A stretch of 64,000 nt of DNA, taken from positions 583,413,963 to 583,477,962 of the forward strand of contig NC_133619.1 in NCBI RefSeq assembly GCF_048593235.1, in the 5' to 3' direction. Shown one piece after another: positions 45,845 through 56,408 of this stretch. Position numbers and translations under genes: made by a program. Source of the DNA: Sminthopsis crassicaudata (taxonomy: Eukaryota). The notes beneath the pieces are model-generated. The model did no database searches and was not told where the DNA came from. It worked only from the letters and a program-made list of their open reading frames with translations. Position 1 is the stretch's first letter; the number at the start of each line of letters is the position of its first letter.

Positions 45845-46135
45845 CATGCACTGTGTATGCCCTTTGACTTAGCAGTCTCACTGCTAGTTCTGTATCCCAA
45901 GGAGAGCATAAAAGAGGGAGGGTGCACAGGTGTTTGTGGCAGCTCTTTTGTGGTAGCAAGGAACTGGACATTGAGTGGATGCCCTTCAGTTAGGAAATGG
46001 CTAAATTGGATAATAATGTGTGAATGTAATGGAATATTAGTGTTTTATGGGAAGTGATGAGGAAGCCAATTTCAGAGAGGCCCCAGAGACTTTCATGAGC
46101 TGGTGCTGGGTGAGATGAGCAGAACTGGGGTGATA
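45845..46135 (+). mobile_element. L1 ORF2 C-terminal fragment
   Basis: Track ORF PFDLAVSLLVLYPKE...SSFVVARNWTLSGCPS. Confidence 0.85.
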
Positions 46136-46139
46136 GTCC

Positions 46140-46352
46140 ATTCCCTCTCTCAGTGGTCTGACTCTGCCCATGCCTTGGTCTATCCCTTAGCTTGGAGACT
46201 TGTGATTATATATTTCATGGGAACCTCGCATTCCCTGCTGGATGCTTTGAGACATTAGCCCTGGGGACAACATGCCCCTAGCTCAATCTCTTCCTCTCAA
46301 AATATTAAAAACTCTCTAATTTCTACCTTGCCTCAGTTTCTCCTGCATTACA
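46140..46352 (+). mobile_element. LTR 3' fragment, family D
   Basis: Ends cctcagtttctcctgcattaca; inverted relative at 47808-47915. Confidence 0.6.
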
Positions 46353-47193
46353 ATATAGGGAATTTGCATAAGACTAACCAGAAAAAATTAATTTCCCCCA
46401 GGAAGAAACCTAAACTAGACTATAACTTCTATGATTGCAAGCTTTACACACTCACCCCATTTCCATTTTGCCATAGAATGCCACTGTTTGGTCCTGTACT
46501 CCAAGCTGCCCTAAAAAACTATAAAAATCCAAGATGTATTCCAAGAATTTGAAGCTGCTTCAATCACTACAGCTCTTCTTTAGTGCCCTAATAAATTAAT
46601 TTTCTTCCAGTTTAGCTGCTCATTTTTCTATTCATAATTTTGCATATTTCATATTGGATTAAGATCTTCCTTGACTTCCCTGGATTCTGTCTTCCTGGAA
46701 ACTGAGGGTGGGAAACTCCTACAAAACGTGATTAAGTCCTAGAAAAGGGGGCAGGCATATCCACTAGAGATATTTTGAGACATTCACATAGATTTGAGTT
46801 AACTAGACACTTCAAAACAGGTGAAACCTGTACATCCACACAGTCAATAGAACAATCCACACTACGCTCTTCAGTCTATCCTAGAGATGCTGACCTTGGA
46901 AGGGAGATACATGAAGATGAGAATGGAAGAAGAAAGTCATGGAGAACTGACTTTTACTTTCATCTCTAGACACCTATTTTAAAACTATACTTTGACATTA
47001 GTAGAGAATATCATGGTTCTAGCAAAATAAGTCAAAATAAGTTATTTGCAGCCATAATTTCCAACCAACAACTTGAAAGTCCAATCCAAAAAACCCCATT
47101 GCCAGAAATCACACTGGCCTTAACAAAAAGGTGAAAATACAGGAAGTAACAATACTTTCTCCACAAATCCTGTGAAATAGTCAAATAATATTT

Positions 47194-47674
47194 ATGGGGG
47201 TTGAGGTCCCTTTAAGATTCCTTTCTAATTGCCCAATCCATGGCTGACCTTAATTCACAAATCCTGGTCAAAGGCACCCTTTGAATATCCGGGCCCAGCC
47301 CCACTATCAGCTCAGCTTCCCCCAGCCCTCACCTGATCTGAGCTAACTGAAAAGCCCGAGAGAACTTAGGGGTACCGCCCATCTTCTAGGAATAAAGGAG
47401 GTGAGCAGAAACTCCCTCTTTGCATGAGCCCTCCCAGCCAACACATGATATCCTTTCAGCCATGTAAGGGTTCCTGCCCGCCCAGCGGCCACCTTCGGCC
47501 CTGGCGTATTTCTAACTGAGCTTTACTTCCAAATTTCTACAATAAACCTTTTATTTATCAATCTAGGTTTTTGGGCTTATAAATTCATTTACAGGGGACA
47601 CTGCACCTCATGGGATTATCTTACTATCTATGCACTGAGAAATGGGGTTCCTCCCCCTTTCCTTTCCCTCATTA
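47194..47674 (+). mobile_element. Solo LTR family B (diverged)
   Basis: Ends TTATG...CATTA (decayed TGATG...CATCA), TSD ATAT; aataaaccttttatttatcaatctagg corresponds to the reverse complement of the 41961 and 49208 LTRs. Confidence 0.8.
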
Positions 47675-47807
47675 ATATGGCAAAAAGGCAGTATATTTAG
47701 TCAGAGAAACTGGATTCAAATTAAAGGTCTGATTTGCTACATGCTATATAACCTTGGTGTCAGTTAACATATTTAAAATGGGTGAGGAGGTAAAAGAAGA
47801 GAGATTT

Positions 47808-47915
47808 TGTATTGCCAGAGAAACTGAGGCAAGATAGAGATTAGAGAGTTTTTAATATTTTATTTGGATTTCTGAAAGGGAGAGATTGTGCTGGGGGCAT
47901 GATGGCCCCAGTGCT
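47808..47915 (-). mobile_element. LTR 3' fragment, family D
   Basis: tgtattgccagagaaactgaggcaagatagagattagagag is the reverse complement of the 46352 end. Confidence 0.6.
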
Positions 47916-48360
47916 GATGTCTAAAATATATATTTTCTGACAACACATCTACTATCCACTGGTTCTATTTGAATATCACTCAATGTTTCTTTCTTTAAGC
48001 ATTTTCTGTTTTCTTAAAAACTCTATCTGGACATCACCTCCAGAAAACATTTTTCTGATTCTCCAGAAATTAGTATTCTTACCTACTTCCACCCCTCCCC
48101 ACAAATCACCTGATTTTCCTTCTCTGAGCATCTATTGTATTCTCTACCCCTTCTACTCTTAGAATGAATGTAAGCTGTTCTGAAAACAGGAATTGTTTTG
48201 TTTATGGATCCCAACTGGCTAGCATAGAGCATTATAAATATTCTTCACTATTTGAATGAATGTGTGATCTCCTGGATAAGGGATATTTCCTTCCTAGGAG
48301 CATACTGAGACTCATGACTTTTCTTTCTATGCTATTCTTTTCAGGACTATTCAATAGATC

Positions 48361-48590
48361 CACTGGTGTGCTGGTAAATGTAAATCAGCTCTCTAGGGAT
48401 AGTAGAGAGAGGAGAATATTCATGACTCACTTTTAAGTTTAAATTTAATCTACATTATTTACATTTCTTCATTATTTTATTAAGTCTAGACAATCAACAA
48501 AATAATAAATCAAGCCTTGATTTGCAGTGTTGGCCAAAGTCTCAGGCATAAAATGCTCACACTGAAAATTTAAAAATTGACTATAGCATA
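48361..48590. mobile_element. MER63-like hAT DNA transposon relic
   Basis: cactggtgtgctggtaaatgt terminus; aagtctagacaatcaacaaaataataaatcaagccttgatttg. A third piece lies at about 62320-62400. Confidence 0.7.
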
Positions 48591-49207
48591 TCCCTTCAAT
48601 GATCCATCATGGCAATCAGGTGGCAGAATCTAGGATTTGGAATTGAGAAGACCTGTGTTTAAAACATTACTTAGTTATTATTTGTGTGACTCTTACCTTC
48701 TGTCCAGTTTCCTGAGAGGATCAAAAGATATAATACATGAAATGCACTTTAAAGTATTATATGATATTAATCGGCATTATTGTTGCTCTTGTTATTAGTA
48801 TTATATAGGGTTTTTCAACATACTACAACATACTACAAGCCTTACTTTAAGTGGTATTTGGGCTATAATGGCCCAAACATGGATTATCTCTTGCTCTTGC
48901 TACATAATAATCCATCTACTTTTCTGATCATATTTTGCTGAATAATACTTCTTAGGCCATTTCTTCTGTGTAGATTATTGTTAAAATATGCTATAGTCCC
49001 TCTATTGATTTCTCCACATAATTCTCCTTTGACATTTGAGTTAGCTTTAAATTTGATTGTTTGGAACTTGTGGTCCTTCAAGATATGTAATCACAAGGAA
49101 GCACAAATATGTCCTAGTCACCTACTTTTTTCTTCCTATTGAATAATGAGTCCAATTTACTCTCTGTAAGAGTTATCTATTTCAACCACATATAGTGTTG
49201 AACTAAC

Positions 49208-49917
49208 TGATGAGGTTTAGAATTGGGGTACCTAAATAAAATTGGGGTTTAATTGAGGTCTAGTTTCAGGTTCTGGGTACAGCGAATCAAATGGAGCTTC
49301 CCTGCAACCTTTTTGGATTCAGCGCAAGGATATAGAGTTAAATGAGGTCTAGTGATGGCATAAGAGTCCCCTATAAAGGAATTTACAAACCCGAAAACAT
49401 AGATTGATAAAAGAGGTTTAATTGGGGTTTGGAAGTAAAATTAAATTCTAATTAGTAAAAGGTGAAGGTAGAGATAAAAGGGCACTGGAAATAGAATTCA
49501 AGTGGGTAGAGAGGGTCTTTGTTGCCAGGCATGGTGATGGCATGTTTGGAACCTCTGCAAAGAGAAGACTCCAGCTTAGTTATTTTATAATGAGAGATTT
49601 AGCTAAAGGGACCCGTGGGTAGAGTTCCAAGTTGGTTCCTCACTGGTTTTCAGCAAGGACTAGAATTTGCTAGGTGTGGGTTGGGAAACTGAGCAGATCA
49701 TTAGAATGGGGGCTGGGACAGCCCAAGTTGGCTCAGATCCTATGGGGGTTGTGAGAGTTCAGATATCTCCTACTGGAATTCAAAGGGGTGCTTTTGACCA
49801 GGATTTGTGAATCAAAGGTCCCAGCTTCTTGAATTGATCAGCTAGGAGGGACAGAGAATCAGAAAGGAATAAATCAATCTAAAAGGACTAGTTTTAAAGG
49901 AACCACAACCTGCATCA
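49208..49917 (-). mobile_element. Solo LTR family B
   Basis: TGATG...CATCA ends, 5-bp TSD CTAAC (49203-49207, 49918-49922); R/U5 homologous to 41961-42543. Confidence 0.9.
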
Positions 49918-50178
49918 CTAACTTAATGTACTAACCATCTAGTTGATAGTGTCAGCTGGACAATGGGCAATTTTTACACATGTAGTTGATACTATATGGA
50001 TTGTTAGGTCAGTCTCTCTCTTTTTACTTTCCTCTTTACTTTAACACAGCCATATTTGTTGGTTATCTATCTTTTATGTTTAATGATCTTTTTTAAATAT
50101 CACATTTATTTTTGCATATTCCTTCCCTATCCAGAGAACCATCTCTTGTACAACAAAGATTAAAAAAAAAAAAAAGGA

Positions 50179-50315
50179 GGAGCAAGTAAGTGGTGCAATG
50201 GATAGAGCACCAGCCCTGAAGTCAGGAGGATCTGAGTTCAAATTTGTTCTCAGACACTTAACATTTTCTAGCTGTGTGACCCTGGGCAAGTCACTTAATC
50301 TCAATTGGCTCAGCA

Positions 50316-50346
<31 letters not shown>

Positions 50347-50360
50347 CCAAAAAAAAAAAT
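50179..50360 (+). mobile_element. WSINE1-type SINE inside a minus-strand L1 3' relic
   Basis: gtggtgcaatggatagagcaccagccctgaagtcaggagg...gtgaccctgggcaagtcacttaa plus (CAAAA)n tail. Confidence 0.85.
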
Positions 50361-50528
50361 ATCACATCCATAGACCTCAATTCTTCATTAAGCAGGTACA
50401 TTGTTTCATCTCTTCTTTGGGTACAATTTTGATCATTATAATTATGTAATAGTTGGTTTCATTTTTCATTTAATTTCATTATTGTACATATCAATTTTCT
50501 GTTATTACTAAGTTCATGATGAATCAGT

Positions 50529-50598
<70 letters not shown>

Positions 50599-50904
50599 AT
50601 ACTACTCTTGCTTTTTTGAAACAATTCATTGTGTCACAGTAAAATTCCATTATTTTCATGTCACACAATTTGTTTATTCTTTGTCCAGTTGATGGGCATT
50701 CTAATATGTTTCCGGTTCTCTGATATAATTATAAAAAAAGGTATGGTTCTAAATAGTTTTATTGGATAAAAGACCTTTTTTTTTCTCTCTTTTTAACTTT
50801 ATTGGAATATATGCATAGTTGTTGGTTCTGTGATATTTTAGTCATTTTTAGCATAAGTCCAAATTATTTTTTAGAATATCTATAATAAATCATAGTTACA
50901 CAAA

Positions 50905-50943
<39 letters not shown>

Positions 50944-51224
50944 CATTCTTCTTTAGGAAATCTTAGAGAAGGAAGAAAAGAGAGAGAGAAAATATTTTAA
51001 TTTCCTTTGTATTCACTTGTTTGATGACTATTAGGCATCTGCCATTTTTCATAAACTAACAAAATGTTTGGGGCTACAAAACGTATTAAGGATTATCTAA
51101 TCCAACTGGTTCATTTTACAGATTGGGAAACTGAGTCACAAAAAAAAGATTACTTCATATGCTTCTGGTCACTATTGACATTTCTTTTTTAGGCTATTGT
51201 ACAGATGAGGATTTTGACTTCTAG

Positions 51225-51506
51225 TCTCTTGGGGATTCCCAGAGAGCTCCTTAAATCAGTGCAGAAGAAAATAGTAACTAAATGGATAATTATTCCTCCA
51301 AGGACTTCTTCTTCTCTCCATTACCCCACCTACTTATTGCCACAGTGCCTCCGCTGCCCAAGTGAATCTTCCCACATCTGATTTAAGAAGCTGTAGAGGC
51401 CCATTCCATGTGCCCAGAAAGAAGGAGATGTCAGGTGTGAGACAGTGTGAGTGTCGTGTCTCTAACTCAAAAGAAGCTGAATTTGCCTCTTTGATCATGG
51501 TAAGTA
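51225..51506 (+). promoter_or_regulatory. Candidate promoter/first exon of the OR at 55431
   Basis: Paired O/E-like TCTCTTGGGGA (51225-51235) and TCCCAGAGA (51237-51245), ATTTAAG at 51381, donor ATG|GTAAGT at 51500. Confidence 0.5.
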
Positions 51507-51539
51507 TTTGGTTACCAGTCTCATTCATTCATGTATCTT

Positions 51540-53200
51540 TCAATTCAATAAAAATGTATTAATATTTATTATGTTAAATGCCTTCTACTTTATTCTGGGG
51601 TAGAAAAATAAAAAAGACAAAATCCAGGGCCTTAGGGAGGTTCCAACCTATGTATCTAGTAGTAAGTCTACTTATTCATAATAAATCTAATAAAAGGTAC
51701 AACTGGATGGGAGGGAAAAAAAGAGGTTTAGAGAAAACATCATAAAAATATGAGAAAGGAAAAAAACATTTTAAGCTGGTGGGATCAGGAATGGCTGCCC
51801 TAAGAAGATAATACTTAATCTGAGTCTTTGGGGAAAATGATGTTCTTAGTAGGCAGAGAAAGTTGAATGGGTTTTAGATTTGAAGGCCAACCTACTCAAA
51901 AGCAGAATGGTGGGAGAAAGCAGTATGAGATCCCAGAACAATGAGCCTCAGTGTGAATATACAGTGCCTAAAATATGAAATTAGTCTGGAAAGGTAGATT
52001 GGATTCATATTTAGGAAGGCTTTACATTTAAGACTTTTTTCAGGAAGGGGGAATTGATTTTTTTATGATATGCATAGAATAAAAATAGAGGAACTCTAGA
52101 GAGTTTTGAGCTGGAAAGTGTCATGGTCAGATTTGGGAATTAGGCAGTTTACTTGGGTAATCTATTGGGTAAGACCTGCAGGATTGCAGAGATAACTGAA
52201 TATGAGTTAAATATATACAAATATATTTAAATATATTTTATTAATAATACAAATATATTATCATTTAATACAAAAAACAGGTGAATTGGACTTGAACTAA
52301 GACTGTGACAATGGAAGTAGAAATCATAAGACAGAAATGAAAGATATTTCAGAGGTAAAAATTGTCATAATTCATAGATGATCCAACATTTTGAGCCTGA
52401 GTGAGTGGAAGGACTGTGATGCTGCAATAGAATTAGAGAAGTTGGAAAGAAGGGTTTGAGAGGAAGAGGAATATGTTTCATTTTAATCATGTTTAATCAT
52501 GTTGAATTTGGGATGCTTAGAAGGAAAATAGAAAACTGAAGCTTCAGAACAAAATATCAGGAGAGAAGTTAGAACAATGTAGAAATTTTTGAATCATCTT
52601 GATAGAGCTGATAATTAGAACCAAGAAAAAAATATTATAATTATTGAAAAAGGGGGCATATAAAGAGAGGAAGAAAAAAAAAGTGAGGTGTGAATCTTAA
52701 AATAGGATACCCACATATAAAGGTAAAGATACAGAATGTAATCTCCCTGGACTGTTTTTTTTTTTTTTTGTTTGTTTGTTTGTTTGTTTTGTTTTGTTTT
52801 GTTTTTTGTTTTCTCTTTGTATCCCTCCTTCCTCATATACTTTGGAAATAGTACACCATTATTAAATGTTTATTGAATTAAAGAGGCCTCAAGAAATAGG
52901 AGAACGATCAAAGAAGACTATGTAGAGTTTTGATAAAATGGTGAGGAAGGAAAAAAGAGACGATGTGGCAGAAAGAAGGTAGTCAACAGTAGCAAATTCC
53001 GGAGAGTGATTGGAAAAGAAAAGGTCTGAGAAAAGGTTATTGAATTTGGTGATTAATGATGGGAATGGAAGTCAAATTAATAGGACTGAAAACTGAATGG
53101 CTGATAAGAAAAGGCAATGAACGAATGTTGTATACTCTTTCTAAAATTTTTATAGTGAAGAGAGAGTTAATACAACAGCTTGAAGGTTCAAGGGTAAGTA
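51540..53200 (-). mobile_element. Long degenerate L2
   Basis: Purine-rich L2 body (catgttgaatttgggatgc, gaaaaggttattgaatttggtgatta); boundaries approximate. Confidence 0.65.
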
Positions 53201-53904
53201 TTATATGACTTTTTGTTAGTCTGCTTGTTTTTTTTTTTTTTTCTTACTTTCTGGGAGAAAAAGTAAGGAAAAAGCTCAAATAATTATGGAAAGATTGAAG
53301 ATTCATAAGAGAGATTCAGAGAGGCTGGTCAGATGCTTCAGAGACAATTAAACAATTTAAAAACAAAAAGATGGGATCTAGGATATGGGTGGGGGTTTAA
53401 CATTGGGAAAGAGATCTCCCTCATCATGTGAAATTGGAAAAGAAGGGATAATGATGGGAGATATAAAAAAAGAGAGGTTTTATGGCATAAAAAAATAAAG
53501 GAGTCACATTAGATGATTTAAGTCTTTTCAGGAAGGTAGCACACTGGCCTCTAGCTTCAACTCAGTTTCATGATATAGTGGAAAGACCACTGGACTCAGA
53601 GTTGGTTGAGAAGGGTCTTCAAATCCTGCTAGCTATATGACCCTGAGCAAATAATTTCAATCCTCTGTTTACAATGAAAATAACATTCACATAATTCTAC
53701 TTGTCTTACAGTGTTGTCTTGAGGTTCAAATAAGGAAAGAAGTTTGTACAATGTAAAAGCTTATATAAATGTTAGATAATCCTGGCTTCACCCATTTCCT
53801 TGAACCCCATTCCCATGTACCATGTTCCTAACAGTATTCATAGTCCTCATTTTAGCTCCTTTACTAATTCCCACGCCAGTTCTCAATCCAATCTTAATCC
53901 CATA

Positions 53905-54185
53905 TTACCCTTTATGTCTAAATCATGAACCCATTTCGACCTTATCTTGGTATAGGGTGTTAGGTGTTGGTCAATACTTAGTTTCTGCTATACTATTTCC
54001 CAATGTTCCTAGCAATTTTTGCCAAATAGTGAGTTCTTATCCTAGAAGCTGGAGTCTTTGAGTTTATCAAACATTATATTACTATAGTCATTGATTATTG
54101 TGCCTTGTAAATCTAACCTATTCCACTGATCAACTACTCTGTTTCTTAGCCAGTACCAAAGATGCTTTATAATAGTCTGTTTTTT
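53905..54185 (-). mobile_element. L1 ORF2 fragment
   Basis: gaacccatttcgaccttatcttggtatagggtg...ccactgatcaactactctgtttcttagccagtacc. Confidence 0.8.
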
Positions 54186-55430
54186 TTTTTAGGTCTGGTA
54201 TGCTAAGATAAGGTTGGATTTTAGGTAAGACTTAAAGGAACCTGGAGAAGACAGGAGTTTAAGAGGAGGAGAGAGAACATTACAGGCATAGGGGAAGGCC
54301 AATGTTAGGAGACAGAGTTCAGTGGATAGAGTGCTGGACCTGGAGTAAGTCCTGAGTTCAAATCCAGCCTCTGACACTTACTAGCTCTGTAATTTTGGGC
54401 AAGTCATTAACTTCTATTTGTCTTAATCCACTAGAGAAGGAAAAGGCAAATCACCCTGTTATCTTTACCAATAAAACCCCATGGATAGTATGGTCCACAG
54501 GGACATAATTGAACTGCAAAAATTTTTGTGTCAGGTACTAAGCTCAGTACTTTGAAAATATTGTATTCATCTTTATGTGATATTGTAAGGTTTAAAAAAC
54601 GCTTTCTTCAAATGAGTTTTGTGAAGTAGATAATATAAATATTATTATCCCTATTTTACAGATGAGAATATTGATACTCAGAGCAGTGATTACATGTTCA
54701 AAGTTACACATAATTATAAATAAAATTAATAATAATAATTATTATTAATACAATTATAAATAAATTATAATTGATAAAACCTAACTAAAAATTTATGTCT
54801 TAGCATAGTATCCACCAATAGTTCTTTCCCATGCTCTTGGCTTCTGCCAAGGGAATATGGTCTTAGAGAAAAATCAGTCAACTGGCTTATTGTTTTTTTC
54901 ACCCATTCCCCCAATTTTTTGGCTATTTCCCTACACAGAACATAACTTGTTCCTCCCTGCTTCTGAGTATGTCATTCCATCTCCTTTCCATTAACACTGA
55001 ATAGCTGCTTCTCCCCATTGTCAAGCTCCATTGTTCTCTTTCTTTGCTTTCATATTTTCTCAACGCCATAGTTAGTTACTCAAAAGTTTTCAGGCTTTCT
55101 ATGTACCTCTTTGTTCATATACTATCCAGTTCTAGAAAGGGTCTAGCGTGGGACATCATAGCCTTGTGAACATGTGAACATGACCCACTTCTTTCTCATG
55201 ATATTAGATATTCTCAGTGTACAAAGACCACATCTTCCCTATCAGACCAAAAGCAAATATATCATTCCTCTAATAAGATTTAAAGTTTTCAAAGGATGAG
55301 AAGTATGTATTCTCTTTTCTAGTAATTTTTCCAATGCCCAGTCCTGGGTTTTGTCCCCAGGCAGTTCTTTCCATTGTCCTAAACTGACTGGCACTTTGTT
55401 TCTTATTCATTAGGCAAAATTATTTCTGTA

Positions 55431-56408
55431 ATGCAAGGTTCCATCATGCAGACTAGTAATAGTTCTGGTCTAATAGTGGGGTTCACACCTAAAACATTCA
55501 TCTTGGCTGGCATCCCAGGGATGGAGGCTGAACACATCTGGATCTCCATCCCTTTTTGCCTGATGTATATCATCATATTCCTTGGAAATGGAACCATCCT
55601 CCATGTCATCCATATGAATGCCACCTTGCACCAGCCCATGTACTTGTTCCTAGCCATGCTGGCTCTTGCTGAGCTTGGTATATCTGCTTCTACACTTCCC
55701 ACTGTATTGGGAATTTTCCTTTTTGATGCAACTGAGATCGACTTCAATGTCTGCCTTCTCCAGATGTTCTCTATACATTCCTTCTCCATTATGGAGTCGG
55801 GTATCCTGCTGGCCATGTCCATGGACCGCTTTGTGGCCATCTATAGTCCACTGCGCTATACAGTCATATTGACTTTGCCTCGAATCTTTTCAATGGGTGC
55901 TACAGTTACACTCAAGAGTGTGGTGCTCATGGCCCCACTGACTATCCTACTCCAACGCCTGCCTTTCTGTGGACACAATATCCTTTCCCATTCTTACTGC
56001 CTGCATCCCAATCTCGTCCACCTCCCATGTGCTGACACCTCCATCAACAACATCTATGGACTTTTCATTGTAATTTCCACATTTGGGCTGGACTTCCTAC
56101 TTATTGTGGTCTCCTACATACTCATCCTTCACACAGTATTGAGTATCGCCTCTGGGGAAGGCCGGTGGAAGGCTCTTAATACTTGTGGCTCACATGTCTG
56201 TGCTGTACTCGTGTACTATGTACCCATGATTGGTCTATCCATGGTGCATCGCTTTGGGCGACATCTTCCCACTTTGGTACAACCTACCATGGCCAATATT
56301 TACCTCTTCTTCCCACCTGTGGTAAACCCAATTGTTTACAGCATCAAGACCAAGGAGATCCGTCGAGGTATTGTTCGTGTATTCTCTAAAAAGAGGGTCA
56401 GGGGTTAG
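55431..56408 (+). CDS. OR51J1: Class I olfactory receptor, OR51J1-like, intact, 325 aa (second in-frame ATG at 55446)
   Basis: All OR motifs present. HPNL..L.C...NNIYG and KALNTCGSHVCAVL match recalled human OR51J1. Branch CTGAC and acceptor at 55413; AATAAA near 56445. Orthology is shared or uncertain with the 42866 gene. Confidence 0.93.
   Translation: MQGSIMQTSNSSGLIVGFTPKTFILAGIPGMEAEHIWISIPFCLMYIIIFLGNGTILHVIHMNATLHQPMYLFLAMLALAELGISASTLPTVLGIFLFDATEIDFNVCLLQMFSIHSFSIMESGILLAMSMDRFVAIYSPLRYTVILTLPRIFSMGATVTLKSVVLMAPLTILLQRLPFCGHNILSHSYCLHPNLVHLPCADTSINNIYGLFIVISTFGLDFLLIVVSYILILHTVLSIASGEGRWKALNTCGSHVCAVLVYYVPMIGLSMVHRFGRHLPTLVQPTMANIYLFFPPVVNPIVYSIKTKEIRRGIVRVFSKKRVRG

Noticed and set aside
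48613-48626. CTCF-like CAATCAGGTGGCAG
   Set aside because: Two core mismatches, and it sits in a SINE head where AGGTGGC is a common motif.
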